Positions 19,845 through 28,774 of a DNA stretch of 64,000 bases are shown piece by piece. Within the stretch, counting starts at the first letter, position 1; each line of letters opens with the position of its first letter. The stretch is taken from positions 29,642 through 93,641 of the forward strand of contig CAYXIJ010000004.1 in the NCBI GenBank assembly GCA_964465375.1. Direction: 5' to 3'. Origin of the DNA: an uncultured Gammaproteobacteria bacterium. GTDB taxonomy: Bacteria; Pseudomonadota; Gammaproteobacteria; Steroidobacterales; Rariloculaceae. The translations under genes were made by a program, and so were the position numbers. The notes under the pieces were generated by a model. It saw only the letters and a program-made list of their open reading frames with translations, ran no database searches and was not told the DNA's origin.

Positions 19845-20035
19845 CGGTGCCCCGCTGAGGGTTTTAAAGGGAACACGGTAAGGCCTCAAGTCGATGCCGT
19901 GGCTGCACCCGCAACTGTAAGTGGCGAGCTCATCTTTCAACATCTGCCACTGGGCTACATAGCCTGGGAAGGCGAAGGGTTGAGCATGGAGCCGCAAGCC
20001 AGGAAACCTGCCGTCATGTCGTCCATCCGGGAGGC
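19845..20035 (+). promoter_or_regulatory. Cobalamin (B12) riboswitch
   Basis: The conserved blocks appear in canonical order: AAGGGAACACGGTAAG, GCTGCACCCGCAACTGTAAG, GCCACTGGG..CCTGGGAAGGCG, and the B12 box AAGCCAGGAAACCTGCC (19996-20012). It lies directly upstream of a TonB-dependent receptor gene. Confidence 0.9.
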
Positions 20036-20190
20036 GGGTTGACTCAACGGAGCGGTCTTTTACCGCAGCGGCGATGCTGAGAGAGCGGGTTACCGGCGTG
20101 TGATTCCAGAGACCATGCTGCAGCTCAAAAGGGCTAGTCGATAACTCGGTTCTCTAGTGTCTGGTGTCGTCACTACGGGAATACAGAGTC

Positions 20191-22113
20191 ATGTCTGTCA
20201 AAAGTCTAGCCCAACTTGGTGTTATTGCCTTGCTTGGTGTATTAACGGCATATCCCTCTAGTGCCCGATCACAGTCCGCTCGACCAGAAATTGAAGAAAT
20301 CGTTACCAGCGCTAGCTCCATACCCTTAGAGGCACGGAAAGTGGGCAGCTCTATTACTGTTATCACAGCGAAAGATCTCCAAGAACAAGGTATTCGATAC
20401 GCGGCTGATGCTCTACGCAACGTACCCGGAGTAGCTGTAAATCGCGCCGGATCATTCGGTAGCTTCACTCAGATCAGGCTACGCGGAACAGAGAGTAACC
20501 ACGTACTGGTTCTAATTGATGGAATCGAAGTAGCACCTGCCAACTCGGGAGAATTTGATTTTTCCACCTTGCTAACCGACAACATTGAACGCATCGAAAT
20601 CCTCCGTGGACCGCAGAGTGGGCTGTATGGGTCAAATGCACTAGCAGGTGTAATCAGTGTGACGACCCGTCAAAATCTTGAATATCCTGACCTGTCGGTC
20701 TCCCTTGAGCATGGATCGTTCAAAAGTTCGCAGTTGTCATTCAATGGAAGAGTCGCCAGTGACAGGAAAAGCGGCAATATCAGTGTCATCTATCGGGGCA
20801 CTGAAGGTGCAAATATTTCCCAATTGGGCGACGAAAAAGACGGTGACAAAAATCTTACGATTTCTGGTCACGGCGACCTCTTGCTCCACAAAAATCTCTG
20901 GTTGGACGGTTCCTACCGTTACGTCGAAAAGCATACTCAAACGGATGATTTTGACTTCACAGGAGGGCCTACCCAAGGTTGGTCCATCGATGGTCCAGGG
21001 CAATCAAATACCCGCGACGTTAATCTTGCAGCGAGGGCAACTTGGTTAAACAGAAAAGGTAATTGGTCTACTCAATTTAGTGCAGCCTACACTGAAGCAG
21101 AATTAGATGCAGATGGAAATTTTGGCCCTTTTGGCTCTAAAACATCAAGAACTAAATTTGCTCTACAAACGACGATGACTATGGATCAACCATCAGCGCA
21201 AATAACTCATTTTCTCACTGGGTTTGCCGAGCACGAGGAAGAAATTTTTCGCGATAGATTTCCTTCGGACCCTTCTCAATACCCCACACTTACCAGAATG
21301 CTTAATGGAATAGGAGTCGAATACCGTACTGAGTTCAGCCAGAAACTCTACCTATCAGCGGTACTGCGCCGTGACATAAATAAAGAATTTGACGATGCGA
21401 CAACCCACCGATTAACAGCTACCTACCTAGCTCATCAAAAACAAACACGCTTTCACACCAGCTACGGTACGGGAGTAACTAATCCTACCTTTGTCGAGCA
21501 ATTTGGATTTATACCGAAGATCTTTACCGGAAATCCCGATCTGAAGCCGGAAAAATCTACGGGCTGGGATGTAGGTATTGAACATAGCTTTTCTGAAGAT
21601 CGTGCATCCATTGATATCACATACTTCAGATCAAATTTACAAGACGAGATCAAAACTATTTTCCCCTCTGTCAGCAATGCTGCGGGGAAAAATCATAGGC
21701 GCGGTGTTGAGGTAAGTTTTTTAGGTAGACTTAACGAGCAAATCAACCTAAGTGGGTCTTATACCTATTTACACTCCAAGGACCTGGACGGAACTACCGA
21801 AATTCGTAGACCAAAACAAACAGCAAACGTGAGTTTCAATTATCGATTTCCCGGAGAGCGCACTAGAATTCATGCAAGCGCAATACACAACGGGAGTATG
21901 CTGGATTATGACTACAGAAAAGGCTATGTACCCGCTAAAAACCAGCTAGATAGTTACACGCTGATTAATCTTGGTGGCTCGATACTGCTAACAAAACGAT
22001 TAGAATTCTACGGATGGATAGAAAATTTGTTCGACCAGCAATACGAGGAAGTGCTGACCTATAACACCCCTGGTCGTGGATTTTACGCCGGAATTAGATT
22101 ATCGATAAACTGA
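20191..22113 (+). CDS. btuB: TonB-dependent receptor, vitamin B12 transporter-like
   Basis: Signal peptide and plug-domain motifs (ITVITAKDLQEQG, LRNVPGV, IEILRGPQSGLYGSNALAGVISV) followed by a beta-barrel. The riboswitch lies upstream. I trimmed the start to the ATG at 20191 (MSVKSLAQLG). Confidence 0.85.
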   Translation: MSVKSLAQLGVIALLGVLTAYPSSARSQSARPEIEEIVTSASSIPLEARKVGSSITVITAKDLQEQGIRYAADALRNVPGVAVNRAGSFGSFTQIRLRGTESNHVLVLIDGIEVAPANSGEFDFSTLLTDNIERIEILRGPQSGLYGSNALAGVISVTTRQNLEYPDLSVSLEHGSFKSSQLSFNGRVASDRKSGNISVIYRGTEGANISQLGDEKDGDKNLTISGHGDLLLHKNLWLDGSYRYVEKHTQTDDFDFTGGPTQGWSIDGPGQSNTRDVNLAARATWLNRKGNWSTQFSAAYTEAELDADGNFGPFGSKTSRTKFALQTTMTMDQPSAQITHFLTGFAEHEEEIFRDRFPSDPSQYPTLTRMLNGIGVEYRTEFSQKLYLSAVLRRDINKEFDDATTHRLTATYLAHQKQTRFHTSYGTGVTNPTFVEQFGFIPKIFTGNPDLKPEKSTGWDVGIEHSFSEDRASIDITYFRSNLQDEIKTIFPSVSNAAGKNHRRGVEVSFLGRLNEQINLSGSYTYLHSKDLDGTTEIRRPKQTANVSFNYRFPGERTRIHASAIHNGSMLDYDYRKGYVPAKNQLDSYTLINLGGSILLTKRLEFYGWIENLFDQQYEEVLTYNTPGRGFYAGIRLSIN

Positions 22114-22133
22114 TTTTAGGACTCATCCGCTAA

Positions 22134-23006
22134 GTGATCCCCATAGTACACAAGATCAGAACGATTGCATTGATCTGCGGATTATGGATCACAGCATGCC
22201 TCACCTTTGCCTCCGAAAAACCTAACCGGATAGTTTCTATAAACGTGTGTACCGATCATCTTTTGTTCATGCTGGTGGATCGTACGCGTATTGCATCACT
22301 AACCCATCTTGCTGGGGACCCATATAACTCCATGATAGTTGAAGAAGTCCAGGGCATACATTTGAATCGTGCTACTGCTGAAGAAGTTATCGCTCTTGCT
22401 CCCGACCTGGTAGTAGCGGGTGCTTTTAATTTTCGTCCCACGGTAACTACCCTTAGGAAATTGGGATATAGGGTGAAAGAGATTCAACTCGCCTCGAGTT
22501 TGCAAGATATCAAGACAAACCTCACTAGCTTAGGCCGAGCCGTCGATGAAATTGAAAGAGCAGAAGCATTAATCACCGTATTCAATCGGAGACTAAAACA
22601 CTTGACCTACCGAGACGAAAAAAAACCACTACTTTTTGCAAGGTACGAGGCTAATGGCTGGACGGTTGGTCAAAATACGCTGATTGCTGATGTGGCTTCA
22701 GCTGCCGGATTCGAAACTATAGGTGAGCAGCTGGGATTTACTGGAAGACGGTATCTCTCGCTAGAGCAACTTTTACTACTTCGGCCAGATCTCCTCGATC
22801 TAGGTTATAACTGGAAAGAATTACCGGCTCTGGCCTCAGAGAAATTTAAGCACCCTGCACTATCTGAGCTGCTAAAAAACACTGCGCTAGTAAAAATACC
22901 AAATCCAGCGTGGGCCTGCGGGTCTCCCTATACCCTAGGAGCCCTAGCCAAACTGAGGCGTGCTAGGGATCAACTGGATCTTTTGGGACTACGGAATACA
23001 TTGTGA
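22134..23006 (+). CDS. btuF: Periplasmic Fe/B12-type ABC substrate-binding protein (BtuF-like)
   Basis: Signal peptide plus class III SBP length. It sits between btuB and a FecCD permease gene and uses a GTG start. Confidence 0.7.
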   Translation: MIPIVHKIRTIALICGLWITACLTFASEKPNRIVSINVCTDHLLFMLVDRTRIASLTHLAGDPYNSMIVEEVQGIHLNRATAEEVIALAPDLVVAGAFNFRPTVTTLRKLGYRVKEIQLASSLQDIKTNLTSLGRAVDEIERAEALITVFNRRLKHLTYRDEKKPLLFARYEANGWTVGQNTLIADVASAAGFETIGEQLGFTGRRYLSLEQLLLLRPDLLDLGYNWKELPALASEKFKHPALSELLKNTALVKIPNPAWACGSPYTLGALAKLRRARDQLDLLGLRNTL

Positions 23007-24004
23007 GAAACCTTCCATCCTATCCAGTATTAATAGCGGTTCTATTCACAACAACCTTACTTGCGTTTGTAACGTCAATATTAATAGGACCAACTGAGCT
23101 GGGTTTTAGAGATCTAGTAATAGCCATTTTTGGCGAAGACCCAAGAATGACTACAACGATCATAGGAGAAATTCGTTTGCCCCGAGCTATATTGGGTTTA
23201 CTGATCGGATCCACCCTCGGCCTGACCGGCGCATCCTTACAGGGCTATCTCCGGAATCCACTAGCAGAGCCCGGAGTAATCGGGATCTCAACAGCAGCGG
23301 CATTAGGTGCCGTGCTTGCCATCTACACTGGGTTGTCATCAAGTGTTCCGTTAGCGCTCCCTATTATGGCTATTGGGGGATCTTTGATCGCGGTTCTAGT
23401 ATTACGGGCATTAGCAGGAAGCGGGAGTATTCTCACTCTAATTCTGGCAGGAGTTGCAATTTCCAGTCTTTGCGGAGCTTTAACGTCTTTAGCTTTGAAC
23501 CTTTCTCCCAATCCCTTTGCATCACTTGAAATTGTTTTCTGGCTGCTAGGATCAATCACCGACCGGAGCATGAATCATGTCTGGCTAGCAGCTCCTTTCA
23601 TACTCTCAGGTTGGGTATTACTCGTATTGAGCGCCCGAGCCCTGGACATTCTAAGCCTCGGAGAGGAAACAGCAATCAGCCTAGGCATCAATCTGGAGCG
23701 AACACAGTTATTTATTATCTTTGGTACCGCGATCAGTGTAGGTGCAGCTACAGCAGTTTCTGGTGTTATCGGGTTTGTTGGTCTCGTCGTTCCTCACATA
23801 CTGCGCCCCTGGGTCAACTATTCCCCCAGCCGCCTATTGCCCGCCAGTGCCCTTGGGGGTGCCACGCTTCTTTTGTCTGCGGATGTGCTAGTTCGATTAA
23901 TTACTCCTGGCACAGAATTAAAGCTTGGCGTGGTCACTGCTTTTTTTGGGGCACCTTTTTTCCTGCACCTCATACTTAAAACCAAAGCTACCTTTAATAC
24001 ATGA
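23003..24004 (+). CDS. btuC: FecCD-family ABC permease (BtuC-like)
   Basis: Polytopic membrane protein with the GVIGFVGLVVPHILR FecCD signature. It has 4-nt overlaps with both neighbours. Confidence 0.85.
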   Translation: MRNLPSYPVLIAVLFTTTLLAFVTSILIGPTELGFRDLVIAIFGEDPRMTTTIIGEIRLPRAILGLLIGSTLGLTGASLQGYLRNPLAEPGVIGISTAAALGAVLAIYTGLSSSVPLALPIMAIGGSLIAVLVLRALAGSGSILTLILAGVAISSLCGALTSLALNLSPNPFASLEIVFWLLGSITDRSMNHVWLAAPFILSGWVLLVLSARALDILSLGEETAISLGINLERTQLFIIFGTAISVGAATAVSGVIGFVGLVVPHILRPWVNYSPSRLLPASALGGATLLLSADVLVRLITPGTELKLGVVTAFFGAPFFLHLILKTKATFNT

Positions 24005-24771
24005 GCCTTAAAGCAAAAAACATCTGTGTTTTTATACACAAACGAAAAATCATAGATGGAGTCTCTATAGAACTCGAACGTGGTAGTTTGATCGGATTGA
24101 TAGGTCCCAATGGGGCTGGAAAATCATCCCTCCTGAAAACCCTTGCAGGGGTGCAAAACCACACCACAGGCGAAATCTTGATTAATGGAAGGCTAGCCGA
24201 ACAATTTTCCGCTGAAGCGCGGGCGCGCACTGTTGCCTACCTGCCACAAAACCGGCGAATAGAATGGCAACTGCCTGCCCGAACTTTAGTAATGCTTGGT
24301 CGCTTCCCGCACCGGCAAGCATTTAAAGCCCCGTCTGCTGCATGTGAAGCTGCAGTAGATCGCGCTCTTTCAGCAGTAAACGCCACGGAATTCTCAAAGC
24401 GCAGCGTGACAATGCTATCTCAGGGAGAAAGCGCACGAGTCTTTCTCGCTCGGGCGCTCGCTGTAGAGGCTCCTTTTTTATTGGTGGATGAACCTACGGC
24501 TGATATGGACCCTTATCACCAGATTCATGTTATGGAGATTCTCAAAAATGTAGCAAAAAGTGGTGTCAGCATTTTAGTTGTCCTCCACGATCTAACGCTC
24601 GCAGCCCGATTCATGGATAAACTTCTACTAATGAAACAAGGACAAATAGTTGATAGCGGTGCCCCCAAGGAAATCCTGACTGCGGAAAATCTAGAGCACG
24701 TATATGGTATCTCGGCGCTGAATGGGAAGGAGGGAGACAGGGCCTATATTATTCCATGGAGCCGAGTGTAA
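24001..24771 (+). CDS. btuD: ABC transporter ATP-binding protein (BtuD/FecE-like)
   Basis: Walker A GPNGAGKSS, signature LSQGE, Walker B LLVDEP. Confidence 0.85.
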   Translation: MSLKAKNICVFIHKRKIIDGVSIELERGSLIGLIGPNGAGKSSLLKTLAGVQNHTTGEILINGRLAEQFSAEARARTVAYLPQNRRIEWQLPARTLVMLGRFPHRQAFKAPSAACEAAVDRALSAVNATEFSKRSVTMLSQGESARVFLARALAVEAPFLLVDEPTADMDPYHQIHVMEILKNVAKSGVSILVVLHDLTLAARFMDKLLLMKQGQIVDSGAPKEILTAENLEHVYGISALNGKEGDRAYIIPWSRV

Positions 24772-24784
24772 AACCAAAACTACT

Positions 24785-25765
24785 CTAGTTCTCGTTGTCG
24801 CATACATTTACCTCAACAACTAAGTGCACAATTCTCTGATCAGCCGGCATGAGATCCTTGTAACTATCGGGTGACTTTGGGTAATGGGTAACTAGCGAAA
24901 CAATAGCTGAATATATATTGGGCCCAACAGCCCATACGTGCAGATCAGTGACCCGATTATCATCATGGGATTCGATGCTTTGTTTGATCATATCCCTTAG
25001 ATCCTCGGGGCCTTCCCGGTCAAGTAAAATCGAGGCTGTGCTACGAAGAAGCCCAAAAGACCAACGCGCAACCAACACTGCGCCGATAATTCCCATAGCA
25101 GGATCTGCCCATATTAGACCAAAATATTTCGCAGCAAGAAGTGCAAAAATTGCCAGAAAAGAGGTCAGAGCATCCGCCAGAACGTGCAAATAAGCAGACA
25201 GCAAATTGTGATCATGGTGAATTTGATGATTGAAAGTAGAAGCTGAGCCCTGGTCGTAAACATTTGCCCCGCTGCCAATTTCTGGATTTCCCTCGTGATC
25301 TGCATGGCTATGGTGGCCGAGAATAAAAACTGACGCCCCATTTACAATTAATCCCAATACAGCTACAAAAATCGCCTGATCAAAGGCTATTGCCACAGGC
25401 AAACGCAAACGGGAAAAGCTCTCCCAGACCATCACAAAGGCAAAACCAGACAACAGAATGGCACCGACAAAACCACCCAATGTATTCACCTTGCCAGTGC
25501 CGAAAGTGAAGTGCTCATCACGCGCATGACGCCGAGCGTAAACATATGCAAACGCGTTGATACTAAGTGCGGCAGTATGTGAGCCCATATGTAACCCGTC
25601 AGCCAGAAGTGCCATAGATCCAAAAATGACACCGGAAATAACCTCAACTATCATCATTAGCCCGGTAATGATGATCACAATAAAAGTACGGACCTCACCG
25701 GGGCGTTTTTGCTCCTGGCCAAAAGAGTGAGACTTTCTCCACTGATCAAGGTTATCTGTGTGCAT
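24785..25765 (-). CDS. Cation diffusion facilitator (CDF) metal efflux transporter with a His-rich loop
   Basis: Six predicted TM segments, the YLHVLADALTSF motif and the His-rich segment HHSHADHEGN...HQIHHDHN. It resembles DmeF/CzcD-type exporters. Confidence 0.85.
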   Translation of the reverse strand: MHTDNLDQWRKSHSFGQEQKRPGEVRTFIVIIITGLMMIVEVISGVIFGSMALLADGLHMGSHTAALSINAFAYVYARRHARDEHFTFGTGKVNTLGGFVGAILLSGFAFVMVWESFSRLRLPVAIAFDQAIFVAVLGLIVNGASVFILGHHSHADHEGNPEIGSGANVYDQGSASTFNHQIHHDHNLLSAYLHVLADALTSFLAIFALLAAKYFGLIWADPAMGIIGAVLVARWSFGLLRSTASILLDREGPEDLRDMIKQSIESHDDNRVTDLHVWAVGPNIYSAIVSLVTHYPKSPDSYKDLMPADQRIVHLVVEVNVCDNEN

Positions 25766-25924
25766 AAAGTTAACTAGTTTCCCTGGCCCTTTAGTTCACA
25801 AATGTACGTGTATACGGTAGCTGGGAACAGGCCGGAGTTGAATCAAAAGTTTATAATTGACCATATCTAGCTTATCACTAGAGAGGGCTGCGGAAACTTT
25901 GCGGCCCTCTGAAAAATAAGTCTT

Positions 25925-27457
25925 ATGAAACATACCACCCCAGAACAATCCATACCGAACCGGGATACGTCACCGGCTTTAGTCACCTTAAATAGAGTGG
26001 ATGTCGCAATCGCAGGAAATACGATACTCCGAAATCTAAATTGGAATCTTCAGCGTGGCCAACACTGGGCCATTGTGGGTGCAAATGGGAGCGGAAAAAC
26101 CAGCTTCTTAAAACTTATTTCGGGCACACTTTGGCCCACCCCTGAAAATGGAAAAAGGCGATACAACTTCGGCTCAGGGCTTCAAACAGATGCGATTGAG
26201 GCCCTGCATAAAATCACTCTGGTCGGCCACGAATTACAGGATCACTATATTCGATTGGACTGGAACTTCAGTGCGGTCGAGGTGGTACTGAGCGGAATCT
26301 TTCGTACCAATATTCCCCGGCGGCGTGCAAACAAAAAGGAAGGCTCCCAAGCCAGAAATCTCCTGAAAAAATTCCACCTGGATCATCTCGCTGACCGGCG
26401 CTTTCTCGAACTATCCCGGGGAGAGCAACGAAGAGTGCTTATTGCTCGGGCCCTGGCCTTCAAACCTCAAATACTGCTCCTAGACGAGCCTTCTGCCGGC
26501 CTAGATCATAGCGCACGAAAAACGCTAAATGACACTATTGATGACATTTCTCGACACACTACGATCATTTTTTCGAGTCACCATTCTTATGATATGCCCT
26601 TGTGCGTCAACAAAATGTTATATATCGAAAGGGGACAAATATCCGAAAAAAAACTTGGAAAACAAACTAGGGGCGCCTCAAGCTTACCTGATCTTGATGG
26701 CACACAAGAGACCCCCGAGAAAACTCTAGTCACCGATACCCGCAATATTGCGGAACCTGAAGTTCTCATCGAGATTGATAACGCCAATATCTGGATTGAA
26801 AAAAGAAAAATTATTTCAAGCCTTAATTGGCGACTTCTGGAAGGACAGCACTGGCATATTGCAGGCGCCAATGGCTCAGGAAAAACTACTTTTCTGCGTC
26901 TTCTGCACGGCCAGCTGCGCCCTGCCTTAACCGGTTCCATCCGCTGGGTTGGATTGGGTAATCCAAGCAATATCTGGGCATTGCGACGCCTAGTGGGTTG
27001 GGTATCACCGGAACTTCAGGCAGATTACCTATACGCCGCAACTGTTCGAGACTGTGTCGCGTCAGGAATCGACTCGAGTCTTGGGCTGGTAAGACCCATT
27101 AAACAAGAAGAGCAAGTACTGGTTACCAGTGTAGTGGAGGATCTGGAACTCCAGCAACTAGCCGAGCGCTCCATAAGAACGCTGTCTTACGGGCAGTTTA
27201 GACGCACATTGATCGCCAGAGCCTTGGTCAACCGACCTAAAATCCTTTTGCTAGACGAGCCCTGGGAGGGGCTCGACCCAGATGCTATAGAGTTACTGGG
27301 GGGGAAACTTCAGGACATCGCAGAACACGGCACACAGCTGATCTGCGCCTCACACCTAGACATTGCGCAAGGCTGGTTCACTCATCGACTCACACTCGAG
27401 AACGGACGTGCGCTTTTAGTGACTCCCCTGCAAGAGGGCGGGCAGTCCGAACAATAA
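25925..27457 (+). CDS. Soluble double-ATPase ABC protein, ModF-like
   Basis: Two complete nucleotide-binding domains (GANGSGKTS / LSRGEQRR / LLLDEP and GANGSGKTT / LSYGQFRR / LLLDEP) with no TM domain. The architecture and length resemble E. coli ModF. Confidence 0.75.
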   Translation: MKHTTPEQSIPNRDTSPALVTLNRVDVAIAGNTILRNLNWNLQRGQHWAIVGANGSGKTSFLKLISGTLWPTPENGKRRYNFGSGLQTDAIEALHKITLVGHELQDHYIRLDWNFSAVEVVLSGIFRTNIPRRRANKKEGSQARNLLKKFHLDHLADRRFLELSRGEQRRVLIARALAFKPQILLLDEPSAGLDHSARKTLNDTIDDISRHTTIIFSSHHSYDMPLCVNKMLYIERGQISEKKLGKQTRGASSLPDLDGTQETPEKTLVTDTRNIAEPEVLIEIDNANIWIEKRKIISSLNWRLLEGQHWHIAGANGSGKTTFLRLLHGQLRPALTGSIRWVGLGNPSNIWALRRLVGWVSPELQADYLYAATVRDCVASGIDSSLGLVRPIKQEEQVLVTSVVEDLELQQLAERSIRTLSYGQFRRTLIARALVNRPKILLLDEPWEGLDPDAIELLGGKLQDIAEHGTQLICASHLDIAQGWFTHRLTLENGRALLVTPLQEGGQSEQ

Positions 27458-27471
27458 TCATGAACTACTAC

Positions 27472-27873
27472 TCAGAAACTATTTCGCTGGTGAGAATGGA
27501 TTCTACGAACACCCCGAAGATTCATCCAATGCGCTACTGCTAAAAGCAGCCCCCCCAAAACGCTAACAAAAATTTCAATCTCCTCGGCCCAATGGCCATG
27601 ACCCACAAACGCAACTACTAAAACCACAATCCCGCCCAGACCAAGGCTAACGAGATTACCCTTACGATGAATGCGATACCCAAAATAGAACCCGGCCAAA
27701 CTGGTAGGTACTGCCAGACCCAACATCCAACCGTGAAAATGGGCATCGTCACCCAGGCTTAGGGCAGCGACCGGCAGTACTGCTACAAGCAACGGAATTG
27801 CCAGACAGTGGACGATACATATACCAGACAACGTAATAGCTATCCGGTCAAAATAGTGGGAAATGCTCATCAT
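27472..27873 (-). CDS. MerC-domain small membrane protein
   Basis: Four hydrophobic helices and an N-terminal SGICIVHC motif as in the MerC family. Confidence 0.6.
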   Translation of the reverse strand: MMSISHYFDRIAITLSGICIVHCLAIPLLVAVLPVAALSLGDDAHFHGWMLGLAVPTSLAGFYFGYRIHRKGNLVSLGLGGIVVLVVAFVGHGHWAEEIEIFVSVLGGLLLAVAHWMNLRGVRRIHSHQRNSF

Positions 27874-27916
27874 TCAAAGGGGATGTTAACATTGATCTGC
27901 TGCCTACAACCTAAGT

Positions 27917-28687
27917 TTGAATGCCATGGATTTACTAGACAAAGTAATTGTAATCACTGGTGCTGCCCGAGGACTAGGTGCTGCTATTGCTCAACAAATC
28001 GCAGCCAAGGGCGGAAAACTGGCGCTCGTGGACCTTGATGAGAAAGACCTCAAGGCCACTCAGTCCAAATGTGAAAAACTGGGCGTGACCGCCCGCACCT
28101 ATAAGGCTGATGTAACAGACGAGCATCAAGTAACTACGCTCTATGAGAGCGTTGCAAATGAGTTCGGGCGATTGGATGCGAGTATCAATAATGCAGGCAT
28201 ACTTCGTGACGGCCTGCTCGTCAAAACAAAAGAATCTGAAATCACTGATAAACTTAGCCTTGAACACTGGCAAGCAGTTATTGATGTCAACCTCACTGGT
28301 GTTTTTCTCTGCGGGCGAGAAGCAGCAACTCAAATGATTCTCGGTGGTCGGGGCGGTTGCATTATCAACATGGCCAGCATATCCCGAGCAGGCAATTTTG
28401 GGCAAAGCAACTACGCGGCCACCAAGGCTGGGGTTTGTGCGCTCACGGTGGTTTGGGCTAAGGAGCTGGCCCGTCACGACATTCGCGTAAATGCCATTGC
28501 ACCGGGCACTATCAAGACTGAGATGACGGCTAGCATGCGTCCAGAAATGCTGGAAAAAATGGTGGCGGGGGTGCCGCTTCGGCGCTTAGGTAGGCCAGAC
28601 GAGATTGCCCACACCGCAATCTACATTCTTGAAAACAATTATGTAGACGGACGAGTCATTGAAATTGACGGGGGACTGCGCCTTTAG
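27917..28687 (+). CDS. SDR-family oxidoreductase (FabG-like)
   Basis: ITGAARGLG cofactor motif and NYAATKAG catalytic YxxxK. Confidence 0.88.
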   Translation: MNAMDLLDKVIVITGAARGLGAAIAQQIAAKGGKLALVDLDEKDLKATQSKCEKLGVTARTYKADVTDEHQVTTLYESVANEFGRLDASINNAGILRDGLLVKTKESEITDKLSLEHWQAVIDVNLTGVFLCGREAATQMILGGRGGCIINMASISRAGNFGQSNYAATKAGVCALTVVWAKELARHDIRVNAIAPGTIKTEMTASMRPEMLEKMVAGVPLRRLGRPDEIAHTAIYILENNYVDGRVIEIDGGLRL

Positions 28688-28703
28688 CTGAGATGCGTGG
28701 TCC

Positions 28704-28737
28704 GCGCCGCCCCTGCTGAAATCAGCAAAAGCGGCGC
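28704..28737. terminator. GC-rich extended hairpin between convergent genes (possible bidirectional terminator)
   Basis: GCGCCGC (28704-28710) pairs with GCGGCGC (28731-28737), with an inner TGCTG/CAGCA stem. There is no clear U-tract on either side, so confidence is modest. Confidence 0.35.
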
Positions 28738-28774
28738 TAGATCACGAGTGCCTGTAGCCCTTAGCCACGGCTAC

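Noticed and set aside
22075-22113. The BtuB-like receptor ends in ...GIRLSIN rather than the aromatic C-terminal residue typical of outer-membrane beta-barrels.
   Set aside because: C-terminal signatures vary among TonB-dependent receptors, and I cannot evaluate this without an alignment. It is not strong enough to suggest truncation, because the ORF length is normal.
22708-22716. GGATTCGAA string resembling a tRNA T-arm on the complementary strand.
   Set aside because: It lies inside the btuF-like coding sequence with no acceptor or anticodon stem context. No tRNA-like cloverleaf was seen in any intergenic region.
25766-25924. Possible NiCo (czcD-motif) riboswitch, or an RcnR/DmeR-type operator (AACTAGTTTCCCTGGCCCTTTAGTT), upstream of the CDF exporter.
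   Set aside because: I saw no four-way-junction consensus. The flanking AACTA/TAGTT arms with C-tracts only loosely resemble the TACT-G6-N-AGTA type of site, and they overlap the ribosome binding region. The evidence is too weak to call.
27974-28477. A 167-aa antisense ORF inside the SDR gene. Similar antisense or overlapping track ORFs occur at 15343-15735, 50882-51250, 56147-56551, 57544-57999 and 63233-63715.
   Set aside because: Each one overlaps a gene with strong family motifs on the other strand or in another frame, and each has a compositionally odd translation. None is supported as coding.
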